Of a stretch of DNA of 64,000 nt, positions 1-9,872 are shown piece by piece; the first letter of the stretch is position 1; every line of letters begins with the position of its first letter. Source of the DNA: Candidatus Bathyarchaeota archaeon. GTDB taxonomy: Archaea > Thermoproteota > Bathyarchaeia > Bathyarchaeales > Bathycorpusculaceae. The DNA is taken from positions 1-64,000 of the forward strand of contig CAVZPM010000039.1 of assembly GCA_963777155.1 (NCBI GenBank). The letters run 5' to 3'. A program made the position numbers and the translations under genes. The notes beneath the pieces were generated by a model, which had not been told where the DNA came from, made no database searches, and saw only the letters and a program-made list of their open reading frames with translations.

Positions 1-38
1 AAACGCAAATAGAAAAGCCAAGCAAGGTGCAAAATAAC

Positions 39-1211
39 ATGCCCAAAGTTAAGGTTGCATTAATCGGCGTTGGAAACTGCGCCTCATCACTCCTCCAAGG
101 CATCCAATACTACAACAAATTCCAGAAACCCGAAGACTGCATTGGACTACGAAACCCCGTTTTAGCTGGCATAAGCCCCAAAGACATCGAGGTTGTAGCA
201 GCCTTCGACGTAGATGACCGCAAAGTTGGCTTGGACCTCGCGGAAGCAATTTTTGCACAACCAAATAACGCCCCCAAAGTCTGCGTTGTCCCAAAGTCAG
301 GTGTCAAAGTCTCTAAGGGACCATTGCTTGACGGCGTTGGTGAATCTGCTAAGGCTCTTGTTTCTATCAGCAAAGCCGCAGATGTCGACGTAGCTAAAGT
401 CCTTAAAGCGTCAGGTGCAGAAATCATGCTAAACCTTCTTCCAAGCGGAGCAACCAAAGCCTCCCAGTTCTACGCTGACCAAGCCTTAGCGGCAGGATGC
501 GCCTTCGTTAACGCTACACCCAACTTCATAGCCAGCGACCCTGCATGGGCCAAGAAATTCGAGGCAGCAAAACTCCCACTTGTCGGCGACGACCTTGTCG
601 ACCAAGTAGGTTCAACAGCCTTGCACAAAACCCTACTAAAACTGCTTTCAGATAACGGTGTTCGAATCAACGAAACCTACCAGCTTGACGTTGGCGGAGG
701 AACCGAATCCGTCGACACCATGGACCGCACACGCGACACCAAACGCACCATAAAAACCGAATCCGTAGCAGCATCAATCCCCTACAAAGCCGAAATCGTC
801 GCAGGCTCAACCGACTACGTGGATTTCTTGCAGAACAAACGTGACAGCTACTTCTGGATAAGCGGCGTCTATTTCTGCAATACACCCATGAAAATCGACC
901 TCAAATTCCAAACCGTGGATGCTCCAAACGCGGGTTCAGTGCTCTTTGACATCATCCGAGCTGTAAAACTAGCTTTGACAAAGAAACAGAAAGGCGCCCT
1001 GGAGCCAATTTGTGCCTACGGATTTAAGCGTCCGCCGAAAATGGTGTCAATTGAAGAAGCAGAAAATCAATTCAAAAAATTTGTAGCTTCGCTAGATTTT
1101 TCTAGCTTTTCAATTATTTTCTCTTTAACGCCGTTTTGTGCCAGTGTATCTTTTAGCACATTGATGGTTTGTACTGGTGTTGGGTCTGCACCTCGTAGGA
1201 CAGCTAAGTAG
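39..1211 (+). CDS. ino1: myo-inositol-1-phosphate synthase
   Basis: N-terminal GVGNCASSL Rossmann motif, FVNATP, GDD, DAPNAG; ATG at 39 (ORF track starts at GTG 27); the last ~40 aa overlap the opposite gene and may not be real. Confidence 0.9.
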   Translation: MPKVKVALIGVGNCASSLLQGIQYYNKFQKPEDCIGLRNPVLAGISPKDIEVVAAFDVDDRKVGLDLAEAIFAQPNNAPKVCVVPKSGVKVSKGPLLDGVGESAKALVSISKAADVDVAKVLKASGAEIMLNLLPSGATKASQFYADQALAAGCAFVNATPNFIASDPAWAKKFEAAKLPLVGDDLVDQVGSTALHKTLLKLLSDNGVRINETYQLDVGGGTESVDTMDRTRDTKRTIKTESVAASIPYKAEIVAGSTDYVDFLQNKRDSYFWISGVYFCNTPMKIDLKFQTVDAPNAGSVLFDIIRAVKLALTKKQKGALEPICAYGFKRPPKMVSIEEAENQFKKFVASLDFSSFSIIFSLTPFCASVSFSTLMVCTGVGSAPRRTAK

Positions 1212-2236
1212 ACGCTGGTGAAGTCGCCAACGAGTATGGCAGAAAGCATCTTTGCCAGTGTGCTCTTGCCCTGAACTTCCAAGTCAAACATTATCAGACC
1301 CCTTCTTTCCATTATTTGCTTGGTTACTTCGATTCTGCTCTCGATTTCAACTGGTTCCCCACTGTCGCGGATGAATATGACTGAGAAATATTTGCATTGT
1401 TCGCCTCTGCCTTCCCAACCTACAATCTCGTTATGGTCAAGCTCGGGGAAAACCTCCCATTTAGATGCTGACTTAGCGTTCTCGTTGAACTGTTGCTTAA
1501 ACCGTTGTGCCACGCTTCGGTAAACGCCAAACCCATAGATTGCAGGTGCCGTCTCTCCGATATGTGTGGCAACTGTTTTCGCAAAGTTATCTCTAGTTAG
1601 CATGTCTGGTCCATTTTCAAAACTGATTTTCTTGAGCAACACTATGGCTTCATCAAGTTCTTTTTTTACGCCTTTAACTAAGCCTACTTTTTCCATAAGA
1701 ACAAGCAGGGGCACAAACATGTATGGCAACGCCGCTCGGGGAGGCATGCCTCCGGGAACTTGAAGGTAGGGCACATTGTGTTTTTTAGCATATTTTATGA
1801 GTGCGCCACCGCTGCTTATGCAGAAAATCATGCATTTACGTTTAAGCGCGTCAAGAAAACTACTTAACGTCTCTTCAGTGTCGCCCGAGTAGCTGGCGAT
1901 TAGAGCAAGGGTTTTTTTGCCTGCATAAGTCGGCAGTTGGTATTCTCGGCTGACTTCAATGGGAACCTTCAACTGGTTTTTTGCCCAGTCTTTGAGTAAG
2001 TCGCCGCCGATAGCTGAACCGCCCAAACCCGCAATCACGATGTTGGCAGGTTTAGGGTAGCTAACTTGAATTTTCTCCGCAACCTCAGCTGCTTTTCGAT
2101 AATGTTCAGATGCATTAACAGAAAAACTTAGCATTCCGCTCTTATCGACTATGGCGATTTTTTCTTGGTTATCTAAAATGGGGGTAACCACATTTGTGTC
2201 CTCCGAATAATACGCAGTTTTATATCTCATTTCCAC
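1067..2236 (-). CDS. bifunctional phosphoglucose/phosphomannose isomerase
   Basis: GLGGSAIGG, SYSGDTEET, PPRAALP, NENAK, PELDHNEIVG motifs; exact start uncertain. Confidence 0.9.
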   Translation of the reverse strand: MEMRYKTAYYSEDTNVVTPILDNQEKIAIVDKSGMLSFSVNASEHYRKAAEVAEKIQVSYPKPANIVIAGLGGSAIGGDLLKDWAKNQLKVPIEVSREYQLPTYAGKKTLALIASYSGDTEETLSSFLDALKRKCMIFCISSGGALIKYAKKHNVPYLQVPGGMPPRAALPYMFVPLLVLMEKVGLVKGVKKELDEAIVLLKKISFENGPDMLTRDNFAKTVATHIGETAPAIYGFGVYRSVAQRFKQQFNENAKSASKWEVFPELDHNEIVGWEGRGEQCKYFSVIFIRDSGEPVEIESRIEVTKQIMERRGLIMFDLEVQGKSTLAKMLSAILVGDFTSVYLAVLRGADPTPVQTINVLKDTLAQNGVKEKIIEKLEKSSEATNFLN

Positions 2237-2281
2237 CTTTTAAGCACAACGCAGACAAAAAACTACAGGGGCAGAAGCATT

Positions 2282-3133
2282 ATGGACAAAAAGAAACTTT
2301 CAATCGCTATCCCAGCATCCGCAATCGTCGATACCCCCCACTTAAGGGAGAAAACAGCTAAAGTCGGCTTGATTGGACGGGCCGCGGCAATTTTCCGCGT
2401 AGACCAAATTATAGTTTACCCCGACAGCCCTGGGGTGGATCAACGCAGAGAATTGGACTTTATTGCTCTTCTGCTCAACTACTTAGAAACCCCCCAGTAC
2501 CTAAGAAAAAGGCTCTTTAAACTCGAAGCCGACTTGGAGTTTGCTGGAATCTTGCCCCCATTACGAACTCCACATCACCCCCTAAGTGGGAAAACCAAGC
2601 ATTTGAAGGTAGGCGAATACCGTGAGGGCGTGGTTTTGTCCGAGATTAAAGAAGGGTTGATTGTGGAAATAGGGGTTCAGCAGCCGGCGCTTCTGCGGCA
2701 AAAGGGGTTTGCAGTTGGCAACCGCTTAACTTTGCAAGTAGTCAACATAGGCAAACAGATTGAGGTTCAGGCTGCAAATCGCGAGGACGTTCCACAATAT
2801 TGGGGTTACAATGTGCAAGTGGCAAACCGTTCTTTTGGTCAAATGGTGCAGGCTGGCGGTTTTGACTTAAAAATTGCTACAGCAAGAATTGGAGACAGCT
2901 TCATGGATGTTGCCAGTAGAATAGGCGAGAAATGGGGCAGTAGCCATAGTGTTTTAGTGGCTTTTGGTGCTCCATCCCGCGGTTTACATGAAATAGTCCA
3001 AGATGAAGGTTTAAAACTGGGCGAAATCGTTGATTTTGTCGTCAATACTGTTCCAAATCAGGGTACAGGAACGGTTCGGATGGAAGAAGCGCTTTTTGCA
3101 TCCTTAGCCATCCTAAACGTGCATTTTCGCTGA
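2282..3133 (+). CDS. SPOUT-family RNA methyltransferase (DUF171/MTH1 type)
   Basis: ETPQYLRK, GILPPLRTPHH, PNQGTGTVRMEEA motifs. Confidence 0.88.
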   Translation: MDKKKLSIAIPASAIVDTPHLREKTAKVGLIGRAAAIFRVDQIIVYPDSPGVDQRRELDFIALLLNYLETPQYLRKRLFKLEADLEFAGILPPLRTPHHPLSGKTKHLKVGEYREGVVLSEIKEGLIVEIGVQQPALLRQKGFAVGNRLTLQVVNIGKQIEVQAANREDVPQYWGYNVQVANRSFGQMVQAGGFDLKIATARIGDSFMDVASRIGEKWGSSHSVLVAFGAPSRGLHEIVQDEGLKLGEIVDFVVNTVPNQGTGTVRMEEALFASLAILNVHFR

Positions 3134-3199
3134 TGAAGCCTTTTTTGTAGATTTTTCGAGAGATTTCTGGTAAAGGCATAAAAGCTTCTTTGGTTTATT

Positions 3200-4363
3200 G
3201 TGAAGTCTATGCCCACTCTTGACGTTGCCATGCCTATTGCATTGTTTGTTGTTGTAGTTGTAGCAATGTTCCTTAACAGGAAAGTTGAAGGCAAATTGAT
3301 GGCAACAGTTGAAGAGAGACAATTCAAAACCAGAGATATTATTCTACTAGTTGTCTTCATGGCAATTGTTATTTCAGTTATCGCTTACTCATCCCTTGTA
3401 GCGCCTGAACAAGTCTTTCAAAGAGTATTTCTCCTAATATTCTTGGGCTCATACACTATGCTTCTCTTCACGTTCTCCTACATATTCTCTAACCTTACAA
3501 AAAAGAGAGCCCAACTAATCTCACTAGGCTTCGGCTCTGTTAGCGCGATTGCCGGGGCAGTGAGTCTTTTAGGTCCCCTCTCCGATAGCTTTACCGTTTA
3601 TAGGACAATAGCCTTCTTTAGTCTAGCAATCTTCTGTTTCGGAACAATAATCCTTGAGCACAAAAAGATGGTTTCTAAAGCACGGTGGTATGTGGCTGCT
3701 CAACCCCCTGTTTTGTTTTTGCTATTGATGATATTCTTCAACGTAATCTACGGCGGCGCAGTTCAAGTTTGGTATCCGCTTCTAATGGATGTCTTCGGAT
3801 TTACATTTGCCATCCTGATAATTCTTTATCTCAGCTCCCTGTTCAGCTGGAAAACTGTAGGACTTTTCGCCATTCTCCTAACAATAATGGACATAATCTT
3901 AGTCATAGGCACGGGAACGATGGTGCAGGCTGCAAACCAATTCACTGGATTAGGGCTCCCAGTCCTTGTTTATCTGCCCAATGTTCCTCTCATTCCAGCT
4001 ATTTCAGGAAACATAAACTTCTTTGGTTTTGCACCTCGAGGGTTAGGTCTTGGCGACTTCTTCTTTGCAGGAGTCTTGGCTGTTCAAACCTTCAAAAAGT
4101 TCGGTAAGAAAACAGCGATTGTTGCAGTTATAGCTGAAGCGGTGGCTTTTGGGATTTGGGAAGCGTTTCTACCAGACATTTTGGCATTTCTTAACCCTAT
4201 TGTAGGGCGAAACATCGGCGGGTTCCCGGGGACTTTGATGATTCTTAGCGGCTGGGCACCAGTGGTTATTTGGAAAGTGCTAAGTGAACGAGGTAAAACC
4301 AAGATTGCCGCGGCTAGCCAGCCGGTCGAGATTGTTAAAGAACAGAATTTGCCCATCCAATAA
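3200..4363 (+). CDS. presenilin/signal-peptide-peptidase-like intramembrane aspartyl protease
   Basis: multi-TM protein with GLGLGDF motif and an upstream TM Asp (IMDII). Confidence 0.65.
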   Translation: MKSMPTLDVAMPIALFVVVVVAMFLNRKVEGKLMATVEERQFKTRDIILLVVFMAIVISVIAYSSLVAPEQVFQRVFLLIFLGSYTMLLFTFSYIFSNLTKKRAQLISLGFGSVSAIAGAVSLLGPLSDSFTVYRTIAFFSLAIFCFGTIILEHKKMVSKARWYVAAQPPVLFLLLMIFFNVIYGGAVQVWYPLLMDVFGFTFAILIILYLSSLFSWKTVGLFAILLTIMDIILVIGTGTMVQAANQFTGLGLPVLVYLPNVPLIPAISGNINFFGFAPRGLGLGDFFFAGVLAVQTFKKFGKKTAIVAVIAEAVAFGIWEAFLPDILAFLNPIVGRNIGGFPGTLMILSGWAPVVIWKVLSERGKTKIAAASQPVEIVKEQNLPIQ

Positions 4364-4470
4364 AGTACTTTTCTTTCTGTAATAGAAATAGTAGCTATTA
4401 ACGATAATCTGTCAATGAAAAGCCTATATTGGCGCTTTGACTTTTTGAGACACCTTATATCAGTGATAAA

Positions 4471-5025
4471 ATGGATCTACTTACAACTATCTTAATTGCA
4501 GTCGGGTTGGCGATGGATGCCTTCGCTGTTTCAATCGCAAAAGGAATGGCGATAAGCCGTCAAAGGCGAAAGTTCGCTTTGCTATTAGGTGGATTTTTTG
4601 GTGGATTCCAAATGTTGATGCCTGCGATTGGTTGGCTTGTAGGTCTGAGTTTTAAGGATATGATTATGGGAGTTGACCACTGGATCGCTTTTGGCCTGCT
4701 GGCTTTTATTGGCGCAAAAATGATTTATGATTCAACAAGAAAAGACTCAAACAAAAAAGATGAGAGCCTTAGGTTGCATTCAATTCTGATTCTGGCAATT
4801 GCTACCAGCATTGATGCCTTAATGGTTGGTCTAAGCTTTGCCTTTCTCAACACCTCAATTCTCGAACCGATACTTGTTATAGGACTGATAACATTCATAC
4901 TTTCAGTTACAGGTTTTTTCTTTGGTTGTGGACTAGGACGTGTCTTCGGAAACAAAATCAAAATCGTCGGTGGATTAATTCTAATAGCGATAGGACTCAA
5001 AATCCTTTTAGAACATATTCTATAA
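4471..5025 (+). CDS. mntP: manganese efflux pump MntP
   Basis: LAMDAFAVS and ATSIDAL repeats, DHWIAF. Confidence 0.92.
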   Translation: MDLLTTILIAVGLAMDAFAVSIAKGMAISRQRRKFALLLGGFFGGFQMLMPAIGWLVGLSFKDMIMGVDHWIAFGLLAFIGAKMIYDSTRKDSNKKDESLRLHSILILAIATSIDALMVGLSFAFLNTSILEPILVIGLITFILSVTGFFFGCGLGRVFGNKIKIVGGLILIAIGLKILLEHIL

Positions 5026-5113
5026 ACTTTTTGATTTACTCGACTCTCTAGTAACTATTTAAATAAATAATTAATTGGGAAAAATTGGTTAAAAATAAGA
5101 AAAGAGGCTTATT

Positions 5114-5434
5114 TTACCCGAATAGGGCGCCTAATCCTTCTAATGCTGCATCTTCCTTGGCTTTTTCTTCTTCAGCTTTCTTCTTCTTGTCTTCTGGAGC
5201 GGCTGCTGCTGGTTTTGCTTCTGCACCTGCTGCTGCAACTGGAGCGGCTGCCATCATGGCTGGGGCTGCTTTGATTGCTTCATCAATGTTTACTTCACTG
5301 AGTGATGCGACGAGTGCTTTTACTTGTATTGTGTCAACTGTGATGCCTGCTGCTTCGAGAACTTTTGTTACTGATGCTTCGTTGATTTCTTTACCTGCCT
5401 TGTGAAGGAGCATTGCTGCGTAAATGTTTTCCAT
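5114..5434 (-). CDS. rpl12: 50S ribosomal stalk protein P1/L12
   Basis: [11 protein letters not shown] start, Ala-rich hinge, GLGALFG C-terminus. Confidence 0.96.
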   Translation of the reverse strand: MENIYAAMLLHKAGKEINEASVTKVLEAAGITVDTIQVKALVASLSEVNIDEAIKAAPAMMAAAPVAAAGAEAKPAAAAPEDKKKKAEEEKAKEDAALEGLGALFG

Positions 5435-5706
5435 ACCTTTTTCACCTCTTCCAACCTCTACGTCGGAGTATTTTAACCTTTTTTATCTGGTCTGACCCGT
5501 TTCGCTTGAAACTGGTCGTTAACCTGAATTGGCGTTGGTTTCGCCATTATTGCCGTTTAGAAGAATACCCAATGCCTTAAGAACTTTTCGTACATGCCTT
5601 TGGCAAGTTATAATGCAGTTTTTTCTTTCCAGTTTTAACCTTGGGACTCATAACACTTATCTTACAGAACAAACCAACAATGCGCATATCCTACAGGTAT
5701 GATAAT

Positions 5707-6752
5707 ATGGGAAACATTACGGTGACAATTCTTGGCGCTCAAGGCTACGGCAGTAACCTTGCTAAAAAAGGCACATCAACAGACATAACACTCTACAACC
5801 TCAAAAAAGGCGAAGACACTGTAACCTTCATCGAACCCACCCGATACCCTGAACGGCTAGAACAGACATAACACTCTACAACCTCAAAAAAGGCGAAGAC
5901 ACCGTAACCTTCATCGAACCCACCCGCTACCCTGAACGGCTAGCTCCCCTATTCTACGCTTGTGCCTTAGCTAAAGAAGCAATAATCGTCGTAGACGAAC
6001 TTACCGCTACGTTTGGCGAACAACTTGTAATGCTGCAGTGCTCAGAAATAAAAAGCGGCTACATTGTTCTGAGAAACTACATTCCAAAAGAAAAAATCCA
6101 GCCCATAATCAAAGGCACCAGTCTCGAAAACTTCGAGTTCATAGAAGACGACGCAAACCAACTGCGCGAGAAACTCTTAGCGGATGCCGCCAAACAAAAA
6201 CCAGCCTCAGGCGACCAAACAGTCGGAACAGTACCTGTAGATCACGCCTTTAACGTCAAAGGTGTCGGCGTAGTCGTATTAGGAATAGTTGCCTACGGAA
6301 CGGTACAAAAACATTCAACTTTGAACGTTTTGCCCGCATTAAAAACAGCCCAAGTCCGATCAATCCAAAAACACGACGACGAATTTGATATTGCAGGCGA
6401 GGGCGACCGTGTTGGACTTGCATTGAAAAATGTTGAGGTTGAGGACCTTGACCGCGGCACAATTCTGACTAACGACCCTTCGATTAAAACTTCCACTAAA
6501 CTGCAGGTTCAGGCTTCGCTAGTGAAATATTGGCAAACCCCAATAAAACAAGGTATGGTTGTGCACATTGGGCATTGGACCCAATTTATAACTGCGAAAG
6601 TAGAGGAAGCAATCGATGCAGGCGACCCTAAAAAAATAGCATTAACTATTACGCTTGATAAGCCTCTTGCTTACCGCCCTAATGATACAGCCGTTCTGAT
6701 GTATCTTGACGGCGCGAAACTTCGGGTAGCAGGCACCGTTAAGTTACCATAA
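5707..6752 (+). CDS. SelB-like (aSelBL) EF-Tu-domain protein, interrupted by an 83-bp tandem duplication
   Basis: KKGTSTDITLYN, VDHAFNVKGVGVVVLG, RSIQKHD, GDRVGLALK; removing one repeat copy joins ATG 5707 to the 6030-6752 ORF. Confidence 0.8.
5778..5943 (+). repeat. 83-bp tandem direct repeat (5778-5860, 5861-5943)
   Basis: two adjacent copies differing at two positions (act/acc, cga/cgc). Confidence 0.95.
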
Positions 6753-6849
6753 ATAAGCCCGCATTTTTGCTCAAATTTCTTAAACATTTTTTGTATTACA
6801 ATTTGAGAAAATAATAAGTGCATGTTTAACCAAAGTTCATTGTTGCTGT

Positions 6850-7959
6850 ATGAAGAAAACAGCATTATCCCTAACATTCATTCTGACACTGCTTATCTCA
6901 ACTACATCTATAGCGGGCATGGCAAATTCTGCGCCAACAAATACTATTCCCACAGGACCTCTGACTCCTCCCACAATCTCGATGGAGTCACCGACAAGCA
7001 CAACTTATCCCTCTTGGTTTGTGCCACTAGAATTTTCAGTGAACGGCAACTGGAATGGGTTTGTAACCCGCTGCATTGTTTCTTTCAGTTTGGACGACGG
7101 TTCAAAGCAGATTATCTATCGCACGTCATTTCGAATTAACGCGGTGGATCAGGATTTTTCAATAACTTTGGGTCCTCTATCCGAGGGAAACCACCACATA
7201 CACGTCTTTGCAACCGTTGGTGGTGTTTACCGAACAGGACCCAACTCCGCAACTCTTGAAGATAACGACTTCACCTCAGAAACTTCCGTCTACTTCACAG
7301 TCAACACCGTCGGACAAGCCCAAATCTCGATTATTTCACCCCAAAACGAAATTTACAACTATAACAAGGACATTCCAGTAGAATTCGCCGTTAACAGGAC
7401 AGCGTCGATAATTAGCATGGGTTACACTCTTGACGAACAATCTAACGTTACCATTCCCAGAAACACAACACTGTATGGACCAATACCTGACGGCATGCAC
7501 ACATTGAGGGTTTACTCAGTATTTTCTGATATTCTCCCAGTTGCCTCAACCGTTAACTTCACAGTAGACACAACACCACCAAATATCACAATTCTTTCAC
7601 TACAAAACAAAATGTACAATTCATCCGCCATACCTTTAGTTTTCAATGTTAACGAGACAACTTCGCTAATCACCTATATTCTGGACAAACAAGTATACAC
7701 GATCAATGGAAATGCAACCTTGACTATACTTCAAGATGGTGAGCATGAGTTAACTCTCTACGCAACCGATGAAGCTGGAAATGCAAGAGCCTCAGAAACC
7801 ATCGATTTTAATGTACGAGTGCCAATTCCACCCCAACTCGCCCTAGCAATCCTGCCTCCCATTGCAATAGTTCTAATTGGCGGTCTAAGTCTTCTAATAT
7901 ACATCGAGAAGCGCAAACAATCAGCCGAAAAGAAACATAGCCAATTCGTCTATGGATAG
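6850..7959 (+). CDS. secreted/cell-surface protein with repeated Ig-like beta modules and C-terminal TM anchor
   Basis: signal peptide; three repeats of the ISP..Y / GxHxL pattern; C-terminal hydrophobic helix followed by KRK. Confidence 0.75.
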   Translation: MKKTALSLTFILTLLISTTSIAGMANSAPTNTIPTGPLTPPTISMESPTSTTYPSWFVPLEFSVNGNWNGFVTRCIVSFSLDDGSKQIIYRTSFRINAVDQDFSITLGPLSEGNHHIHVFATVGGVYRTGPNSATLEDNDFTSETSVYFTVNTVGQAQISIISPQNEIYNYNKDIPVEFAVNRTASIISMGYTLDEQSNVTIPRNTTLYGPIPDGMHTLRVYSVFSDILPVASTVNFTVDTTPPNITILSLQNKMYNSSAIPLVFNVNETTSLITYILDKQVYTINGNATLTILQDGEHELTLYATDEAGNARASETIDFNVRVPIPPQLALAILPPIAIVLIGGLSLLIYIEKRKQSAEKKHSQFVYG

Positions 7960-8514
7960 TTTATCCGTTCCTCAGAGAGGGACTTTAGTGTTAATATATT
8001 CCTCCATCGAACGTTGAAAAGGATGTTGATAAGTGGACTGGGGGATTCTTAACCCCCGTCTAATATGAAGATATTACCTGTTTGCTGTTGGAACCCAAAA
8101 AAATTAATAATTTGTTAGGTTAGTTCCAGACTAAAAGAACAATGTTTGTTGTTAGCGTCTATTGGTGGACTTGACATTCCTTTGTTTGGTTAGGCGTTAG
8201 CGGATCATAATGGCGGATTAATTGCAGGTTTTTGGAAGTTAGTAGATGCACTTTCATAAATGTTACCAAACAACATTACCAAAACCGTTACAAATAAGAT
8301 ACCGGTATCCCTCCCTTGACGTTTATAGAGTTAGTTCTGCTCTTGACAGCAGAGTTGGCTTCACCCTACTATGGCCAAACAACACTCAAACCACAGGCGC
8401 AATATATTCCTAATAACAAGGCTGCTTTGGTGTTATTATAATGTTTAAAATCAGTGTTTGTTGCGGTTTTTGTTTCAATAATTCATATATCTAAAGCTGG
8501 TCCATGAAGCCTCG

Positions 8515-9642
8515 ATGAGTATGTATCGGACTGGCGTTGCAAACCTACCCTTGCATGGTGGGAAGGCTCCTTCTTGGCTTACTGGGCGCATGCGCAAGAT
8601 GGCTAAGGAAATCGCCAGCATCATAATTGAGGACCAGGGTGTCGATAAATTCATCGAGCGCCTTAGCGACCCTTACTGGTTTCAAGCTTTTGGCTGCGTA
8701 CTTGCCTACGACTGGCATAGCAGTGGTGTAACAACTGTGGTCACAGGTATCCTCAAAGGTGCGCTCACGCCCGAAGAGCACGGAGTCGCGGTTTGCGGCG
8801 GCAAAGGCAAAACTTCAAGGAAAACGCCAAGTGACATCGAAGCAGTTGGCGAAAAATTTGGCTTCTCGCAGGAAACTATCGATAATTTAACCTACACAAG
8901 CCGCATGACTGCCAAGGTCGACAACACGGCTATCCAGGCAGGATACCAACTCTACCACCACGCCTTCCTCATAACCAAAGAAGAAAAATGGGCAGTTATC
9001 CAGCAAGGCATGAGCGACCAAGACCGCTCGGCAAGGCGTTACCACTGGCTCAGCGAGAACACCAAGTGCTTTGTTGAAGAACCCCACAATGCCATCGCTT
9101 GCGATTTCAAACGCGAACGAGCGTTAAACATGGTTGCCAAACAAAGCAACGCGGCAAGAAAAGCCTCAGTCGACCTCTCCAAGGAACCCACAAAAAAACT
9201 CTTCAACCTCATGCATTCCGCCTCCAAACCATTAAATCAATCGTCTTTACAGGAGTGGCTTCCCAAATCAGTTGACCCTTGGCAGCAAACCCTAACAACA
9301 CTTAACATGCCTCGCAACATCAATTGGGACACCCTCGCCCGTCTCTATGAGTTCCAACCCAGCAACTATGAGGAACTGCTCAGCGTCAAAGGCGTTGGAC
9401 CAGCAACTGTACGCGGACTAGCGCTTGTTGCGGAGCTTGTTTACGGTGAGGCACCCAGCTGGGAAGACCCCGTCAAATTCAGCTTCGCATACGGCGGAAA
9501 AGATGGTGTGCCATACCCCGTGAACCGCCAAGCCATGGATGAATCCATCCAGATTCTTCGGCAATCGGTGGAGGAAGCAAAAATCGGCGACAAAGAGAAA
9601 CTGCAAGCCCTGCAGAGACTAAGACAATATGTGCCTGCTTAA
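8515..9642 (+). CDS. DUF763 family protein
   Basis: LPLHGGKAPSWL, DWHSSGVTT, FAYGGKDGVPYPV. Confidence 0.9.
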   Translation: MSMYRTGVANLPLHGGKAPSWLTGRMRKMAKEIASIIIEDQGVDKFIERLSDPYWFQAFGCVLAYDWHSSGVTTVVTGILKGALTPEEHGVAVCGGKGKTSRKTPSDIEAVGEKFGFSQETIDNLTYTSRMTAKVDNTAIQAGYQLYHHAFLITKEEKWAVIQQGMSDQDRSARRYHWLSENTKCFVEEPHNAIACDFKRERALNMVAKQSNAARKASVDLSKEPTKKLFNLMHSASKPLNQSSLQEWLPKSVDPWQQTLTTLNMPRNINWDTLARLYEFQPSNYEELLSVKGVGPATVRGLALVAELVYGEAPSWEDPVKFSFAYGGKDGVPYPVNRQAMDESIQILRQSVEEAKIGDKEKLQALQRLRQYVPA

Positions 9643-9701
9643 AATTTAATTAAGCAATCTCTTCTTTATATGAATGAAGCAAAAAGAGGCTGGGAAAATA
9701 T

Positions 9702-9872
9702 ATGCCGAGTAAATTAGGTGAACAGGAGAAAGCATTCATGGAACTTGCAATAATGCTTACTGAAGAGGACCTGATGAAAATAGCTGAATCCAGCCGCGAG
9801 TTCAGAAAAAATTTTGTCCTGAGAAATTTTGTGGAAAACAAGAAAAAACAGAAGCAACCAAAAGATGTTTGA
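9702..9872 (+). CDS. small hypothetical protein (56 aa)
   Basis: MPSKLGEQEKAF...QPKDV read by hand; TTTATA box ~30 nt upstream; overlaps the next gene start. Confidence 0.45.
   Translation: MPSKLGEQEKAFMELAIMLTEEDLMKIAESSREFRKNFVLRNFVENKKKQKQPKDV

Noticed and set aside
5778-5943. CRISPR array or DGR template/variable repeat
   Set aside because: Only two adjacent copies without spacer; differences are synonymous and not adenine-specific; no cas or reverse transcriptase in the window
8260-8295. Short ttacca/ttacaa repeats as binding sites
   Set aside because: Explained by Val/Leu codons of a decayed signal peptide on the minus strand
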